Below are positions 23,816 to 37,640 of a stretch of DNA of 64,000 nt, piece by piece. The notes under the pieces were generated by a model, which did not search any database, was not told the DNA's origin, and was given only the letters and a program-made list of their open reading frames with translations. The first letter of the stretch is position 1. Each line of letters starts with the position of its first letter. The translations under genes were made by a program, and so were the position numbers. The stretch is taken from positions 3,075,010 through 3,139,009 of the forward strand of contig MU058384.1 in the NCBI GenBank assembly GCA_013265495.1, given 5' to 3'. The stretch is from Vicugna vicugna (Eukaryota).

Positions 23816-25056
23816 TCCGCTAACAGAACGGAAGCCGTGCTCCCCCCGCACAGGGACTGCACTGCTGTGGTGTCATCTCACGGTCCAGGGTTTGCAACAG
23901 CACTGACAAAAAAGTCCATACAATTACACCAAAGGAAGGAAGGAAAGGAAAAAAACCTAAAACTTCATTATTGAATGAAGACAACATGAAAGAGTAGGAA
24001 GAACATAGTTTGAAACTCTGTGTGTCGGGCTGTGAGCTGAAGACAGCAATACACAAGACACATCCTTGCCCTGGAGGGGAGGAGTTAAGAAACCAAGTTC
24101 TGCACCAACTAGCTGCCTTCTTTGAGGCCTGTTTACCTGTCAGTAAAATAAAAGCTTGAGATCAGATGGCCATGCGAGAACCATCCAGTGATCAAATTCT
24201 CTAGCCCGGTCGTCCAGTGCAAAGGCAAATTTAAGTGCTCAGGAGGCAAGAAAACGGGAAAAACGCCAGTGTGTGTCCCATGTCGCCACATGTAGGCACA
24301 TATGTACGAACAACCCGGTTCTCTTGTTCATTCAGATGGAGTGTGTATGCATTGTCACTAATTATTCTCTCAAGGATCAGCATAAAAAATGTGCTCATGA
24401 GCGTAGAATAAGGAAAATGTTATACCAACATTCTTATTGTTAATTGGAGTCTTTTTTACCCCGATGGCCTCCAGAGTCAACTCAGTTCACTTCCCCAGTA
24501 TTTAACTGGGCATCTTTTATGTTCAGTAAAGTGGAGGCAGGGGGAGTGGTTGGGATGGAAATGCTCCAATGGGGAGACAATCTTTTGCAAGTGGTGTAAT
24601 AACAGAGATACATAGAGTACCCAGAAGAGGAAAGCACTGCTTCAGGCTTGGGGAGTAGAGGCATTGAGGGGTGTTTGAGGTGGGCCTTGTCCGGTTAGAT
24701 GGTGGAAGAGGGGGGATGGAGATTCGAGAGGTAGAAGGGAATTTCAGGTAGAGGAAACACAGAGGCAGAGGTGTGGAGTGTGTCTGGCATGGGGGAGAGA
24801 GTCCGTTTTCAATGTGAGAGCACAAGGCATGAGGAGGGCAGGGTGCTGTGCGGGAAGAAAAGGCTGGAAGGGACAAAACAGAAGGGAGGAAGGAGGCGTG
24901 CAGGGCCTGGAGGGTCTTAATGCCATGCTGAAGAGTCTGGTCCATATGGGTTTAGTTTCTCCACCCTAGACAAAAGCCTGGCACTGTATTCTGTAAACTA
25001 AGGAAAGGCAATGAACATTACAGAATACGGATGTTTAGATTATATGCGTATTTTCT

Positions 25057-25682
25057 TAGACTTTACTTTTTAGAGCAATTTTGGGTTCACAGTAAAATTG
25101 AAGGGAAAGTACGGACATTTCCCTTACACCCTCTGCCCCTACACGTGCATAGCCTCCGCGACTATCAACATCCCCAATCAGAGGGGTATATTTCTTATAA
25201 TTGGTGAACCAACATTGACACATCTTGACCACCCAAAGTCCATAGTTTACCATGGGACTCAGTCTTGGTGTTAAACATTCTAAAGGTTTGGACAGCTGTA
25301 TAATGACATGTGGCCATCGTGATGGTATCGTGCAGAATATTTTCATCGTCCTAAAAATCCTCTGTGTTCTGCCTGTCCATCTCTCCCTGTCCGCACTCCC
25401 TGGCAACCACAGATCTTTAACTGTCCCTATAATTTTGCCTTTTCCAGAATATCATATAGTCTTTTCAGATCGCCTTCTTTCACTTGGTAATATGAATTTA
25501 AGGCTCCTCCATGCCTTTTCATGGCTTGGTAGCTGATTTCTTTTTAGTGCTGAATAATATTCTATTATCTGGATGTACCGCAGTTCATTTATCCATTCAT
25601 CTTCTGAAGGATATCTTGGCTGTTTCCAAGTTTTGGCAATTATGAAAAAAGCTGTTGGAAACATTCATGTGCAGGTTCTTGT
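25057..25682 (-). mobile_element. L1MC1-like 3' end
   Basis: TTTTAGAGCAATTTTGGGTTCACAGTAAAATTG...CACCCAAAGTCCATAGTTTAC. ORF 25452-25664 is an ORF2 C-terminus (FIIAKTWKQP...EYYSALKRN). Confidence 0.9.
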
Positions 25683-27059
25683 GACGTGTGTGCATGTTTT
25701 ATGTGTGTGTATACGGAAGTCTGACATCATGGCTAGGTGGCTGCCTTGCAGGCTCTCTGATAGAGGTGATGAGGGTGGTGTTAACAAATGTCTAAACCAT
25801 GTAAAACCCAGTTAGCTGATCAGAATATCAGCATTACAGGAACTGGTTGAACAGGCAGACAAGAAGCAGCTTTTTTTCAGAGAGACCATCGTTAGAGACA
25901 GTGGCATCGGGGAGACGATCAGCCATGAGTGGCAGTAACAATACATGGAAACCTTCATTTCATTTCCACCCCCTTGCAGACACTGTGTGGAAGTCAGTTT
26001 CTTCCCCTGACATACGTGTGTTCTGTTCTAACCCTCTGGTATTGTGTTCTACATCAATATTCATTTCAGAAAGACTAGATTATTATGAATGATAAGACAT
26101 TTTCCCTTAAAAATCAGCTTCTTTGTATTTTTTCACTTGACACATAGGCAGGATTCTCTAGTTTGGGACTCAGAGAGGTGCTGTCGGGAAAACACGGAGA
26201 TAAAAATTTGTCTGTATCTGGGTGGCACTAATGCATTTTAGCTGGAGGATCGTCTGGGAATTTAAACAGAACGTTCAGCGGTATCCATGGTTATATATAA
26301 CACAGAAAACTGCATTTAAATAGAACCTCACATGTGTTTCCCTCACTCTTCAAATATGTTGCTAGTCTGGTGGATCTTAACAATTTTGGTGACAGACTAT
26401 TTTTCTAGATCCTACCAGAGGTGAGAATCGTATTCACAGCTGAGACCCCTATTGGCAGAAACACACACACATCTACATTCCTTTTTAAAGGAATTTATCA
26501 GCCCCAAAACTCGGTAGACCCAGGTTCAGAGTCCTTGCCTCAGACTTTTAGGCAATAGCAACCCACTGTACCCCCCAAAACACCCCCTCCCATGTTGCAC
26601 TTCCTCTTTTATTTCTGTACTTGGACAGAAGTCATTTCTTAACCAGGTGATGACTGAAACCCAAAATGTGATTTTACTTAGAAGTCCTGTAGCCTGTGAT
26701 TCCCTAGATGCATTTATAACTACATGGTGGTTCTGACTGGTCCAAGGTGACGCTGGGAGAGGAGACTTCTCAAAGTCTTGTTTCTTTATAGAAGCATAAA
26801 AAAATAAGATTGTCTTTTGGCAATGAAAATGTGCAGTCAAATTCCATTTTAGTCTTTTATCGCCTGGTGTTTGTAAGACCCTGGCAAGAATGGACCCGGT
26901 CTACTTCAGACCCAAGTGACTTAATGAAGTAACAGCCTTCCTGAAGTTTCAAACAAGAAGCCCTTTTCCCTGTGTTCTCAAAGCACAAGGGCAAATTTTA
27001 CATGTGTTTCAGATCTATTTGTCAGAGTTGCTCGGCAGAGGGCTCTCCTGGACCGCTAG

Positions 27060-27722
27060 CACACACAGCTCACATTTCATACTGCTTACGTGTACCAGGT
27101 GTGCTGCTGGGAGCATCACATTGGGAACCCACCGCATCTTCCCAACAACCCAGAGAAATACAGAAAGGGTATTCTGTCTGCTTTAGAGATGAGGAAACAG
27201 AAGCACAGGATGCTGAGTTGCTCAGAGCCAGGATTTATAGGTGTACAGCAGAGTAATTCATATATATATGAATTTTTCATTATAGGCTATTACAAGGTAT
27301 TGAATATAATTCCCTGTGCTGTATAGTGGGACACTGATGTTTATCTAATTTATACGTAGTAGTTAGTAGTTAGTATCTGCTAATCCTGAACTCCCAATTT
27401 ATCCCTCCACCCCTCGCTCCGTTCCCCTCTGGGACAGACCACAAGTTTGTTTTCTATGTCTGTGAATCTGCTTCTGTTTTGTAAATAAGTTCATTTGTCT
27501 CTCTCTTTTTTTTTTTTTTTAGATTCCACATGTAAGTGATACCATATTTTTCTTTCTCTGGTTGACTTCACTTAGTGTGACAATCTCCAGGTCCATCCGT
27601 GTTGCTGCAAATGACATATTTTATTCTTTTTTTTTTTATTAAAGCCAGGATTGACATCCAAGCAGCCTTGTTTCAGAGTCTGTACACTTGACCTCTATGC
27701 AATACTGCCTCTTAGATACAGC
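27060..27722 (-). mobile_element. MIR SINE split by an L1 insertion
   Basis: AGATGAGGAAACAGAAGCACAG on the left. MIR sequence resumes at 27643 (AGCCAGGATTGACATCCAAGCAG...ATACTGCCTC). Confidence 0.7.
27236..27642 (-). mobile_element. L1 3' UTR fragment (artiodactyl/camelid type)
   Basis: TATAGGCTATTACAAGGTATTGAATATAATTCCCTGTGCTGTATAG...TAGATTCCACATGTAAGTGATA. Flanked by AGCCAGGATT direct repeats. Confidence 0.85.
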
Positions 27723-29519
27723 CATTATTTTAAAAAATAATGGTGTCAGACAGTGATGGAACAACACTTCTGTACCTTCTGTTTTGGGAGATTTGCAACC
27801 CTGGTCCAGCATTCTCCCAGCTCCTCTGTCCCTTTTTTTTTTCCTTCTCTCTCCCCCGCCCCTCCTCTCTCTCCCCCCTCCCCTCCTCTTTCTTCCTGTC
27901 CTGTCCCCTACGCAAAGGCAGTTCAGCTTACCACTGTCCATTTGTTCAGTTGGGCCTAACCGCTAGGCTCATGGAAAGCGGCAAGCCCCACACCTACCAC
28001 ACGCAGCCTTCCCACTGGGGATGCAGGAACCACTCGAGTTTGCATTCACTATGAAACGAAGTCAGAGATTTCACTTTCTCTTTCCCCCACAGCGGATAGA
28101 AGGCAGATATTTAGGACTGACAAACAGAAATAGCAAAAACTTCCTTCTGGAACTTTTTCCCTCTCCAAAGAGTTTTCGGCTTTTTTTCATTGTTCTTGAT
28201 TGTTTGTGTTTTTCCCTAGAGATGTGTATTTTGTGTTTCTCATTCTCTCGCCTGGTTACTTTTTCTAAATAAAAACTTTTGAAGCTCATACTTCCAAACG
28301 TCTGATTCCTCTCTTCCTTTGGGAATAAATCCTCACCCAAGCTGAAACTTTTTTGTATTTAAAAGTCTTTTGAATTTCAAGATCTTGGCTTTATAGAGTC
28401 AACTAGATCATTCTTAAAACCTACACCCTATACAATAGTCTAACTCAGTTCAGATGTTTTGATTGCTCCCCTGTTTTGACAACTACAAGAACCACCACTA
28501 GCATTTGAAGAATCCAATACCCCAGGCCCTTCCTGTACTCTAAACCTGCAGTGTTACCTGCTCCAAGACAGTGGTCCTCATCTCTGTTGGCCATTGACTG
28601 GCTGGAAATTGTCCATGATGCATTCTCCTGTAAGTATACCTGATGGTTAAGGAAGGGAAGAAAATAGCTAGAAAACAGAAATATTCTCTTCTGAATATTA
28701 ATTTTATATCTTCAGTTAATTTTCAAAAGATGGAAAAAGTAATATTTTCTAAATATCAGCCTTCTAGGTCAATTTGAGAAAAGTCTCCAGAATTGATAAT
28801 TGTTTAATGTATGTTTTGTTATTTTCTTTTCTTCATGTAGCATGTATGTCAAGGTCACACTGTATGAACAGATGGAATATATGGCAGGGGCCAACTAATT
28901 AACATTAAAGACAGGGAATCCATTGTCTTCCTTTAACTCCCATCCATCTACCTTCATTTCTGTCACCATGGTACCTAGTGGTTCAATTACTGAGTGTTCT
29001 GAATAAACAATTAAACAAAATCCACTTTATAGAATGCTGCTGCTTGGTGTTCTAGAAGCTATGTTTGAATATTTTCCAAATCCTCAACGATTTCAGTTGT
29101 TAAACGTCCACTGATAAGGGAGGTGAGACTGCAGGGAATTTTGTGCAAATTGTTTGGTTTACAGATCAGTGGAGTGAGAATTGGCAAATTTTAAATTGTG
29201 TTATGAACATTCTTGTGGTTTCTAGTTGCAAAGGCCAACTCCAGAATGCCTCAGAAGTTTGTGCCAAAGGAGCATTCAGAACGCATGGCGTGTTTATCAA
29301 CTCACACCATGTGTAGCATGCTGGGGATTTCAAAAGAGCCGACATTGTTTCCAGGCTTGGAGTAGCTCCTGCCTCTTCTTGGAGCAGCCATTTCCTGATG
29401 GAATTGGGTGGAATAAAACCTGGAAGTAAGTTCTGAGCAACATGAAATTCTCCAATGTGGCTTGTGAATTTTCCCTTGAGTTTCTCAGGAAGCCTGTGGC
29501 AGAAGAGCACTGAAAATAG

Positions 29520-30258
29520 ATCTAATTAAATTACCACTTGATCCAGGAGTCTCTCTTCTGGAGATGTTTCCAAAAGAATACAAAGCAAGATCTCAAGAAG
29601 ATATTTACACACCCATGTTCATTGCAGCATTATTCACAATAGCCAAGAGGAGGAAGGATCCCATGTGTCCATGGGTGGGTGAAAGGATAAACAGACAGGA
29701 TGTAGTACACACTGCTCACTGTATGTGTAGGTTCTGCATCTGAGGATTCATCCAACTGGTGGATCAGGTACTACGTTTACCATTGGAGGTTTGTTGAATC
29801 CTCAGACGGAGAACCTGAGGACATGGAGGGACTTCTCTGGGACTTGAGCATCCTCAGATTTTGGAATTCACTGCTGGTCCTGGAACCAAGCCCCAACAAA
29901 TATAAGAGACCATGGGATATTATTCAGCCTTTTAAAAGAAGGGAATCCTGTCATATGCTGCAACATTGGTGAAACTTGAAGACATTAGCTAGTCAAATAC
30001 TGTATGATTCCACTTGTAAGAGGGATCCAAAGTAGTTGAACTCATAGAAATAGAAAGTAGAATGGTGGTTGTCAGGAGCCTGGGGGAGGGGGAAGTGGGG
30101 AGTTGTTTCATGGGTTATAGAGTTTCAGTTTTGCAGGATGAACACCATAGAGATCTGTGCACAGTGACGTGAAGATACTTAAAATCACTGAGCTAGACAC
30201 TTAAAAATGATTAGGGTGGTACATTTTGTTACGTGTTTTTTTATCACGTTAAAAAAAT
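29520..30258 (+). mobile_element. L1MB-like 3' end
   Basis: ACACCCATGTTCATTGCAGCATTATTCACAATAGCCAAGAG...ATAGAAAGTAGAATGGTGGTTGTCAGG...CACTTAAAAATGATTAGG. Confidence 0.9.
29708..29912 (-). mobile_element. MER2-like TcMar-Tigger element nested in L1
   Basis: GGGACTTGAGCATCCTCAGATTTTGG...GGTCCTGGAACCAAGCCCC, with internal inverted repeat GGTTCTGCATCTGAGGATTCA / TGAATCCTCAGACGGAGAACC. Confidence 0.75.
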
Positions 30259-31124
30259 TAGATGCTATTGTCTTTTCACCTGATGGGTTTAAATGAACTC
30301 AGCAGCTAGTCTGGGGAGGGCACTATGAAGTAATTCTGATTAGAGAAAGTTATTCTCCAGCTAAAATTACTTGCATTAGAGTTGACCCCTGTGGAGAACG
30401 CCGCCAGAACCTAGATCCCAGATCCCTCCTGGGCTGCCTGATTGCCTTGAGAGTCTCTGTGGACAGCCTGAAAACTTGTAGGCAGCCTCTGAGCTCAGAT
30501 GTGGAGAAAGGCAGGAAATGATATAAGTGATGAATCCACAAACTAGCAAATGTGCTTGAGTTCCGGGAGGCATCTCCATGGGAAGATATTTCCTCGGAGC
30601 AGTCCACCTCCGGGTAGTTCCCCCACATGTCCCAAAACTGACCGAACTTTTACCTAGAATGGACTGTAAATGAATTTGCTCATGTTGTGCAACAGGAAAG
30701 TGAAGTCAGGAACACTGGGGGAATTACTTACCCAAGATCTTCCAGAGAACAGATAAGAAAACTCAGTTTGAGATTCCCAGGCTCAGTGGTGATCTTAGAC
30801 AAAATCCTTTCTTGAGTGCAATGTGACAGAAAGACAGTATTCACACACACACACAAACACACACACAGAGCCCTTGCACAAAGGTGGGGCTGTTCTGGTT
30901 GAAATGAAAGCCAGGGTGGCAGCGTGGTGGTGGTGTCATTTCCCTTCTCCACACTCCACATCCACCTCAGGCCCACAGGCATGCCTACAGATGCCCAGGA
31001 CTCCGTGGGGTACAGTTTGAATTCCACCCACTGTACTATCCTTCTCACTTTCTACTTCCCCTCTAGTATTTATAGACGACGTTGTAATTTTTGTTTACGT
31101 GTCCCCAGGAAGGAAGTTCATGAT

Positions 31125-31345
31125 AATAATGACCCCATATACTGAGTACTTATTATGTACTGGTTTGCTTGCTAAGTGCTTTATAGCCATTATTTCATTT
31201 AATCTACTCCAGACAGTTATTGTTTTATCCCGTGTTGCAGGGAAAAGAAACTAAAATCTATGTAACTTAAATAGCTTGCTTAAACTCTCACTTGGAGGAT
31301 AGCAGAGTCAACATTTAAACTCAGCTATGACTAAACCTGAGCTAG
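31125..31345 (-). mobile_element. MIR SINE
   Basis: TACTGAGTACTTATTATGTAC...TGCTAAGTGCTTTATAGCCATTATTTCATTTAATC. Confidence 0.7.
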
Positions 31346-31504
31346 AAATGAAAAGGGTAATCTGGATTGTGATTGATTCATCTTTGGTTGATGGACATCT
31401 TTTAAAACTGCAAACTTCTTTGGGAGGATTAATGATGATCAATTATCCACACGTCAGTCTGAATTCGTTTTATCTGATTGCTTTACTCTTTGCTCTCTAC
31501 TGCA

Positions 31505-31748
31505 GCTGAGAGGAATCTAGTGTAATGACCAAGACGTTGATTGGAGTCAGGCTATTGGGTTTTTTGAATCTGTGGAAATCTGGGCACTCTGCCTAAATTC
31601 TCTGTCTCAATTTCCCCATCTGTAAAATGGACATTGTAATAGAATTTACCACATGGAACTGATGCATGGAGTAGATGAGTTTATACATATGTAGTGTTTA
31701 GAACAGTGCTTGGTGCATAGAATGCACTAAATAAATATTAATTATTTT
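31505..31748 (+). mobile_element. MIR SINE (near full length)
   Basis: CTCAATTTCCCCATCTGTAAAATGG...TTAGAACAGTGCTTGGTGCATAG. Confidence 0.85.
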
Positions 31749-32674
31749 TATAAACTGCAGTGAAGGGAAGGGTATTAAATCTGTTTGTTTTGATTATCAC
31801 TATTGTTTTTTTTTGGAAAGGAGGGAGGGTAAGTAATTTTTAAGCATGGTTTGGGCTGCTGGTGTGGGAGCCCAGGGCAGATACATTGGGAGGTCTCTGG
31901 GCATTTGATAGAAGACTTCTACCCTGGCTTAAGAGTGATACAGACAAGGGCATTAAAGAGCACATTTGAAAAATGTGCTTCAGTCTTGCTCAGTTTCTGG
32001 GTCAGGGAAATAAAATTGTGTTTCTTTCTCTTCTCTCCTCCACCTCTTAGCCTCTGCTCTGGATTCAAGTTTGAACTATAGATCAGGTGTGCCATCAGTT
32101 AGGAAGGATTTTCTGAACAGGCATAAGACTGGCCCTCACAAAAATGGGAATATATTGCTTCAGTTCGAAACTTACTTTTGAATGAATGATCAGGTGTTTG
32201 GTCAGCTTTTCCCATCCATTCTCAGAGCTCAGTCTCCGGAAAGGAACGCCAAGGGCATACAGGGCAGGAAGGAGGAGAGCGAGTGCAGCCCTGTGGCAGA
32301 GGAGAAACCAAAGCTTCATTTCCTTAAAGGTTGTGAAGTCAGAGTAAGTGGTGACTTTTGTTAAAGAATACGCTTCTGAAAGAATTTCTAAGTTACCCCT
32401 GGATGGACACTCCTGATAGAGGTAGAATCCAGTTATTATTATTTTTTCTCCACATTGCTAGATGATGTTTGAGCTCATTGTCCTTTATAACCAGATTCTG
32501 GTTAATTATTTCATCTTAATCAGGAAACCTGTTCTCGGATCACTAATTAAACATGAGGGGAAAATAAAAGACACAAAGATACATAGTCTATAAGGTCATT
32601 TAAATTAATTTAAATTCTATGGGGACAAAACTCCTTTTATGATTAGGGAAAAAGCCCCCTGTTCTTGGAATGCA

Positions 32675-33180
32675 AGGTGGTCAGTTGCAGATTTACCCTC
32701 AACTCCATTCCTGCCCTTCCCTGCTGACTCTCTGCCCGGTGTCAGAGGGGACTACGTTTCCCAGACTCCCTGGCCACTCGCTCCCAGGCTGCTTAGCCAA
32801 TGAGAGTCACTGGTGAAAGAATGGAAGATAGAAAGGCACTGGAAGAAACCAAGGGCTTCCTAAATCATCTCCAGCTGAAGCCTGCTGCTCTGTGGCTCCA
32901 GTTCCTTCTGCACAGCCCCTCCCTCAGTGATCCCGGCTCCTGACAGGTCCTCCTCACAATTGTCCTAACTCCTGTCCAACAGCCCTGGCTCATCGCTTCC
33001 TACACCACCACTTCCTCAAGAGTAGATGCAGTTTGCTGCTATTGCTAAGCTCTGGGTTGCTTCCCTGGGCCCCCTTTGGCTCCTCATCTCTCCCAGTGTA
33101 ACCAGTTCCCTTTGTCAAACCCCCTCAGGGGTTTTGGTTTTTGCTTTTGCTTTCCCTCTGGCAACTATCTGACTCCTACA
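32675..33180 (+). mobile_element. ERVL-class solo LTR (LTR33-like)
   Basis: GTGGTCAGTTGCAGATTTACCCTCAACTCCATTCCTGCCCTTCCCTGCT...TTAGCCAATGAGAG...GTTTGCTGCTATTGCTAAGCTCTGGGTTGC...CTGACTCCTACA. Confidence 0.65.
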
Positions 33181-34824
33181 GAGAGAAGGAGCTATAGACG
33201 TACCTCAGAAACTAGAAAGAGAAAGCACCATATCTACTTACTATCTTTACCTTGTTTAGGGCATATTATTTCTTCATTTTTGTCTCTCTTAATAGATAGC
33301 TTTATGGAGCAAACAATAATCAGCAAATATTTCTTGAGCACTACTTTCTACAATGCACTTTAGTAATAATTGAACAATCTGCTAGGACAGTTGTGCGGAG
33401 CTCACTACAATAGCATCCTAATAAAGGGTGAGTTCTCTAGGTCCTAGGATTTTTAAGACATCTGTCATTGCCTTTCACAAGCAGACATGAGAGTGGAGAC
33501 TGGAGACTGGAGCATTAGTGCTGCCCCTCACAACCTTCCACATCCTGCCTAAGTGCATCACCGACCACCGTGAGCCCAGGAATCATCACAGGAGCAAGTA
33601 AGACCAGGCTGTGGAAGGTGCACTGACAGTGCAGGTCCGTTATGGGTACTTGCCCATCTGCTGTATAGTTAGCTTTTTTTTTTTCCTTTTTAATAATGTA
33701 GCGTTAGAGGCATTACAGCATCCGAAGGTCCACACCAAAGGGGCCAGGAATGGCCTTCTTATAACAGGAGACTCAAAGATAGCCCTTACCTCCAACACTC
33801 CAAGAGAGAGAGATGTGTGTTTTCTGTCCTTCAGAAGATGCCCTTTTGGTCTGGACACATTTCTAATGATTCTGCTTTAATAGTCATATTTTTATCTAGC
33901 TCTGAAATACCAGAGGTACTCAAGTAGGAAGTTTCTCTGATAAATCACAGGAAAAGACAGCAGAATCTCAGAGTAGAATAGAAATGGTACCTTACAGAGT
34001 ACTTTGGAATTTGCAAAGTACTTTCATGCACATGAGCTCAGTCCTGCTGGGATTTTGAATGCTGTTCTGCAAAAACAAACAAACAAACAAACAAAAAAAA
34101 ACAACAAGACTTGGAAGTGCTGTCCTCAAACAAATCATTTCAGAATTGAAATGAAGTTGTATTTTAAGCGTACTCTACTCCTGTATAGACAGTCATTTTC
34201 TTTTGATATAATATTTTCTGTCTTTCAGACAAACCCGTTATAATATTTGAGAACTAGTCTTAGTTTAATAGTCGCAGGAGAGGCAACATCAGACTTTCTG
34301 GCTCTGCCGTCTTAGGCCACCTTTTACTGTTTTGGAAAGAAATTTTCAGAATTATTTGCCTAGTTAAGCAATTGACTCCCTTTGCTTTAGTGGGCTCAGT
34401 CTTATTATATCAAGTATTCTCGCTGTGTCTCTTGGTAATAAGGCTTTTTAAGTTGTTCTAATTCAATAGTGACATGTATAATACAGCGGCAGGGCCAAGT
34501 GAACTCCACAGCATGTTCTATCTCAGAATGATGCTTTTCTATACAAAGAGTCAATTTGCTTTTTTCTCATGGAAGAGAACCTGCCACCGATTTCTTAAAC
34601 GCCCCTAATTCCAAGGCCATATCTAGTGTAAGACTGTATAAATAATCATGAAATCCTGAGATATTCATAAATGTAAAAACAAATCCAAACCTGCCTTAGA
34701 TCTGCCAGATCCAAAATGAATTCTACTTTAATATGTATCATTTCACTGTAATGAAACTGGCTTCTCTTTTCTGGATGGAAGCAAATATCTTCACTAGACT
34801 TCAACATGGTTACGTAATGGTGGT

Positions 34825-35590
34825 ACTTCATTCATTCATCACATTGTTTCTGAACGTCTACTGTTCCCAACAGTATGCTAGGGATGGTGATACCAAGGAA
34901 GATCCAGTCTTTTATAGAGCTTTTGTCTAATGGGAGAGACTCATTACTGAACTCTTCACTTTTAACAGAATAGACTTGTAGCTCTAGTGCTGAGGGACAA
35001 GTTATAGGTGTTCTGTGTAATAACTACAATAATACTTGACATAACTATATATGTATGTATGTATATAAATGCACATATATACACATACATATATATATAT
35101 ATACATATTGCTTATTTATCTTTGCTTCAATGTCTAACACAGAACACGATAGATGGTAAACTCTCAATAAGCATTTCCTGAATGAATAAACTAAAGTAAT
35201 GTGATTTGATTTTAAGATTAAAAGAATCCCTATCACAGGAAGAATCTTTTTGCCCTAAATCTTTGGAGGCCTCTCAATGCGTCATCCACTGAGTATAATC
35301 TTTAGAATGAGGATCTTACTCCTTAGCTTCTTCCTTTCAAATCAATTTGAGACCTTGGTCTTTTGAACAACTACCATGTGCCAGACAATCCTAAGCACTG
35401 AGGTGTAAGAATGACTTCAATAAGGTCTCATCCTCAACAAATCTTTCTTGAGAACTCATAATGTGAAAATCAAGATCTGTGAGCCTAAGGGTATGTAGAA
35501 TGTACTTTACCTTTTCCTTTCCAGAGCCATGGCCTGTAGCAAATATTTATTTAGTGGATAGTTGTTGAGTAAATAGATGAATGGACAAAG
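34825..35590. mobile_element. Cluster of short L2 3' fragments in both orientations with an (AT/AC)n tract
   Basis: TTCATTCATTCATC (34828), CTCAATAAGCATTTCCTGAATGAATAAA (35163-35190), TACCATGTGCCAGACA (35372). Confidence 0.55.
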
Positions 35591-37249
35591 GAATTAAGAC
35601 TTAAAATAAGAATGGCAATGAAGGAGTAATTCTCACTTGATGTATGCACGAGGGAAAAGCATTTTAGTCTAGAAAGGCTGCTGATTGGAGGTGACAAGTG
35701 AACTTGGTTTTGAAGATGAGATGCTTTTAAAGTAAAGATGGAGAGACAAACAGCATAGACCAGGAGGCAGTACAAACAGATGTGGGAGAGTAAAAGAACA
35801 TGCTTGGAGTGGCTCCTTTTGGGAAGTTGGTGGTAATCCTGGCCATTCCTAGTTGGTGAGAGCATGATTTCTCTTTGTAGCATCCTTTTTTCCCCATAGA
35901 GGAGAAGCCAGTCCAGCTTTCTAGAAGAGGTAATTTCTCTCCATTCTATTTCTCCAACTTACTTGGTTCTCCGTTTGGGAGGAAGGCAGAGTAAGAAATG
36001 TTGGAGACAAAACAGATGAGAAAACAATGTTCAGAACTGTTCCACGGCTTGTCCAGGATCACCTAGATAACCATCTTGCCAGCTTCATTCTGATGGGCAC
36101 CTGTGGAAATTCATAACTGATTCTTTGGATTGTTGCCAGAGGTAATCTAACACAGCTCAGAAATCCCAGACTGAATCCAGAGGGACTTTATTGAATCAAG
36201 TTGTTAGAGAATCAAAAAACCCCTTTCCCTCCCCAAATAATTTATAGGTCATTCCAAAAAAAAAAAAATGAAAGTCCTGGTGCTATCTGGGCTGGCTGTG
36301 AAATGGGCCAAACCATTTTTGAACAGTTACTTACAACATCTTACCAGTTTCCATTTCATAACAGCACGAAATTAACATTTTTAAGAGAAAAGACAACTTC
36401 ACTAGTAACCCAGCTATGAAGAAAAGATATTCACTTCTAATAAAATAGTAATGCTGCCAGCTCAGCGGCTCATAAAACATTTACAACCTTCAGCCAGTAA
36501 AGTGCAGAACAAGAGATTTAAATGTTGCTGCTTGATGAAATGAAGGGATGGTTGGTATAAATATCAACCCAAAGCATGTGGGCTGCAGGCGGGTGCAGGA
36601 AAAGGGGTCCCCTTGTGGCTGCAGGTGTCTATTTTGTAGTTAACCAAAGGTATCTGATCCCTTTCTGACATTTTTCTTTGGTAGCTGAGAACTGAAACGT
36701 GAACTGGGGTAGGTGGGGAGAAAGGGAACTGAGCTGGGAAGACTGTCCTTGCCAACCCATGTTACAGCATCAGTGAAACAATGTACTTTACATACCAATA
36801 AGGATGGTGCAACCAGAGGCACACCTAACGCTGGCCAAGCCTAGCTCAGGCGTCGGTGCAGGCGTCGGTGTCTTTCTGCTGCGTAGTATTCCTGCTGCTG
36901 AGGGAGATGGGGCAGGAGCGGGAGGCGTGCACCACGTCACCCAGAGGTGTGTGTTTGCGTGAGTGTGAGAGGGAGGGTGAGAGCTAGAGCAAATGCTGAG
37001 TTATTTCCTTCTGCTTTTCATTTGGGACTACAGCTGGGCATGCGTTAGCGTGAACAAATCCCTATTTTATAATAAAGGATTTGTATATACAAATTGTATA
37101 TTAGCAAGCAGGGATTTGTTCATGTGTGCTTTCAATCTGAGGATTTATTTTGCAATTCTGGATAATTCTTACCTAAACTAATTATCTATCGTGCCCGCAA
37201 TTCTCTACCTTGGAACTCTTATGTTACATTTACGCTGAAGCTTGAATCT

Positions 37250-37640
37250 AGTCTTTTCTATCTCGTTTTTTCATTGGCTCCGTGTTCTGAGCGAATGCCC
37301 CAGCATGACTTCCAATTATTAATTATCTTTGCTCACCTGGAGTTGTTTTTATTTTTTCTAGTTATAGTGGTGATAATTTTTATTCCTAAGACTTTCTCCT
37401 GGTTCTTTTTCATATCCACTTGCTTTTGTTTCATAAACTCTTTCTAGAAATTATTATTTTACAAGTTTATTTTTCCCTTTAGCTCATTGGGAGTTTTAAA
37501 ACGTTTTTCAGATGGCTATATTATTTCTAGTTTTTCAGGGTTGAATTCTCTGATTTGTTGAGTATTTTGACTATTCTTTATGACATGAGTTGCTTTTCTG
37601 TGTTTTTAAAATTTTAATTGCCATGTCATCTTGAGTGGAA
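37250..37640 (-). mobile_element. Ancient L1 fragment (probable)
   Basis: T-rich L1-like antisense composition, e.g. TTTTAATTGCCATGTCATCTTGAGTGG. Subfamily unclear. Confidence 0.4.

Noticed and set aside
23582..23974. 130-aa ORF
   Set aside because: No recognisable homology or convincing splice context. The length is compatible with chance.
29727..29817. Hairpin resembling a pre-miRNA
   Set aside because: Explained by the internal inverted repeats of the MER2-like transposon.
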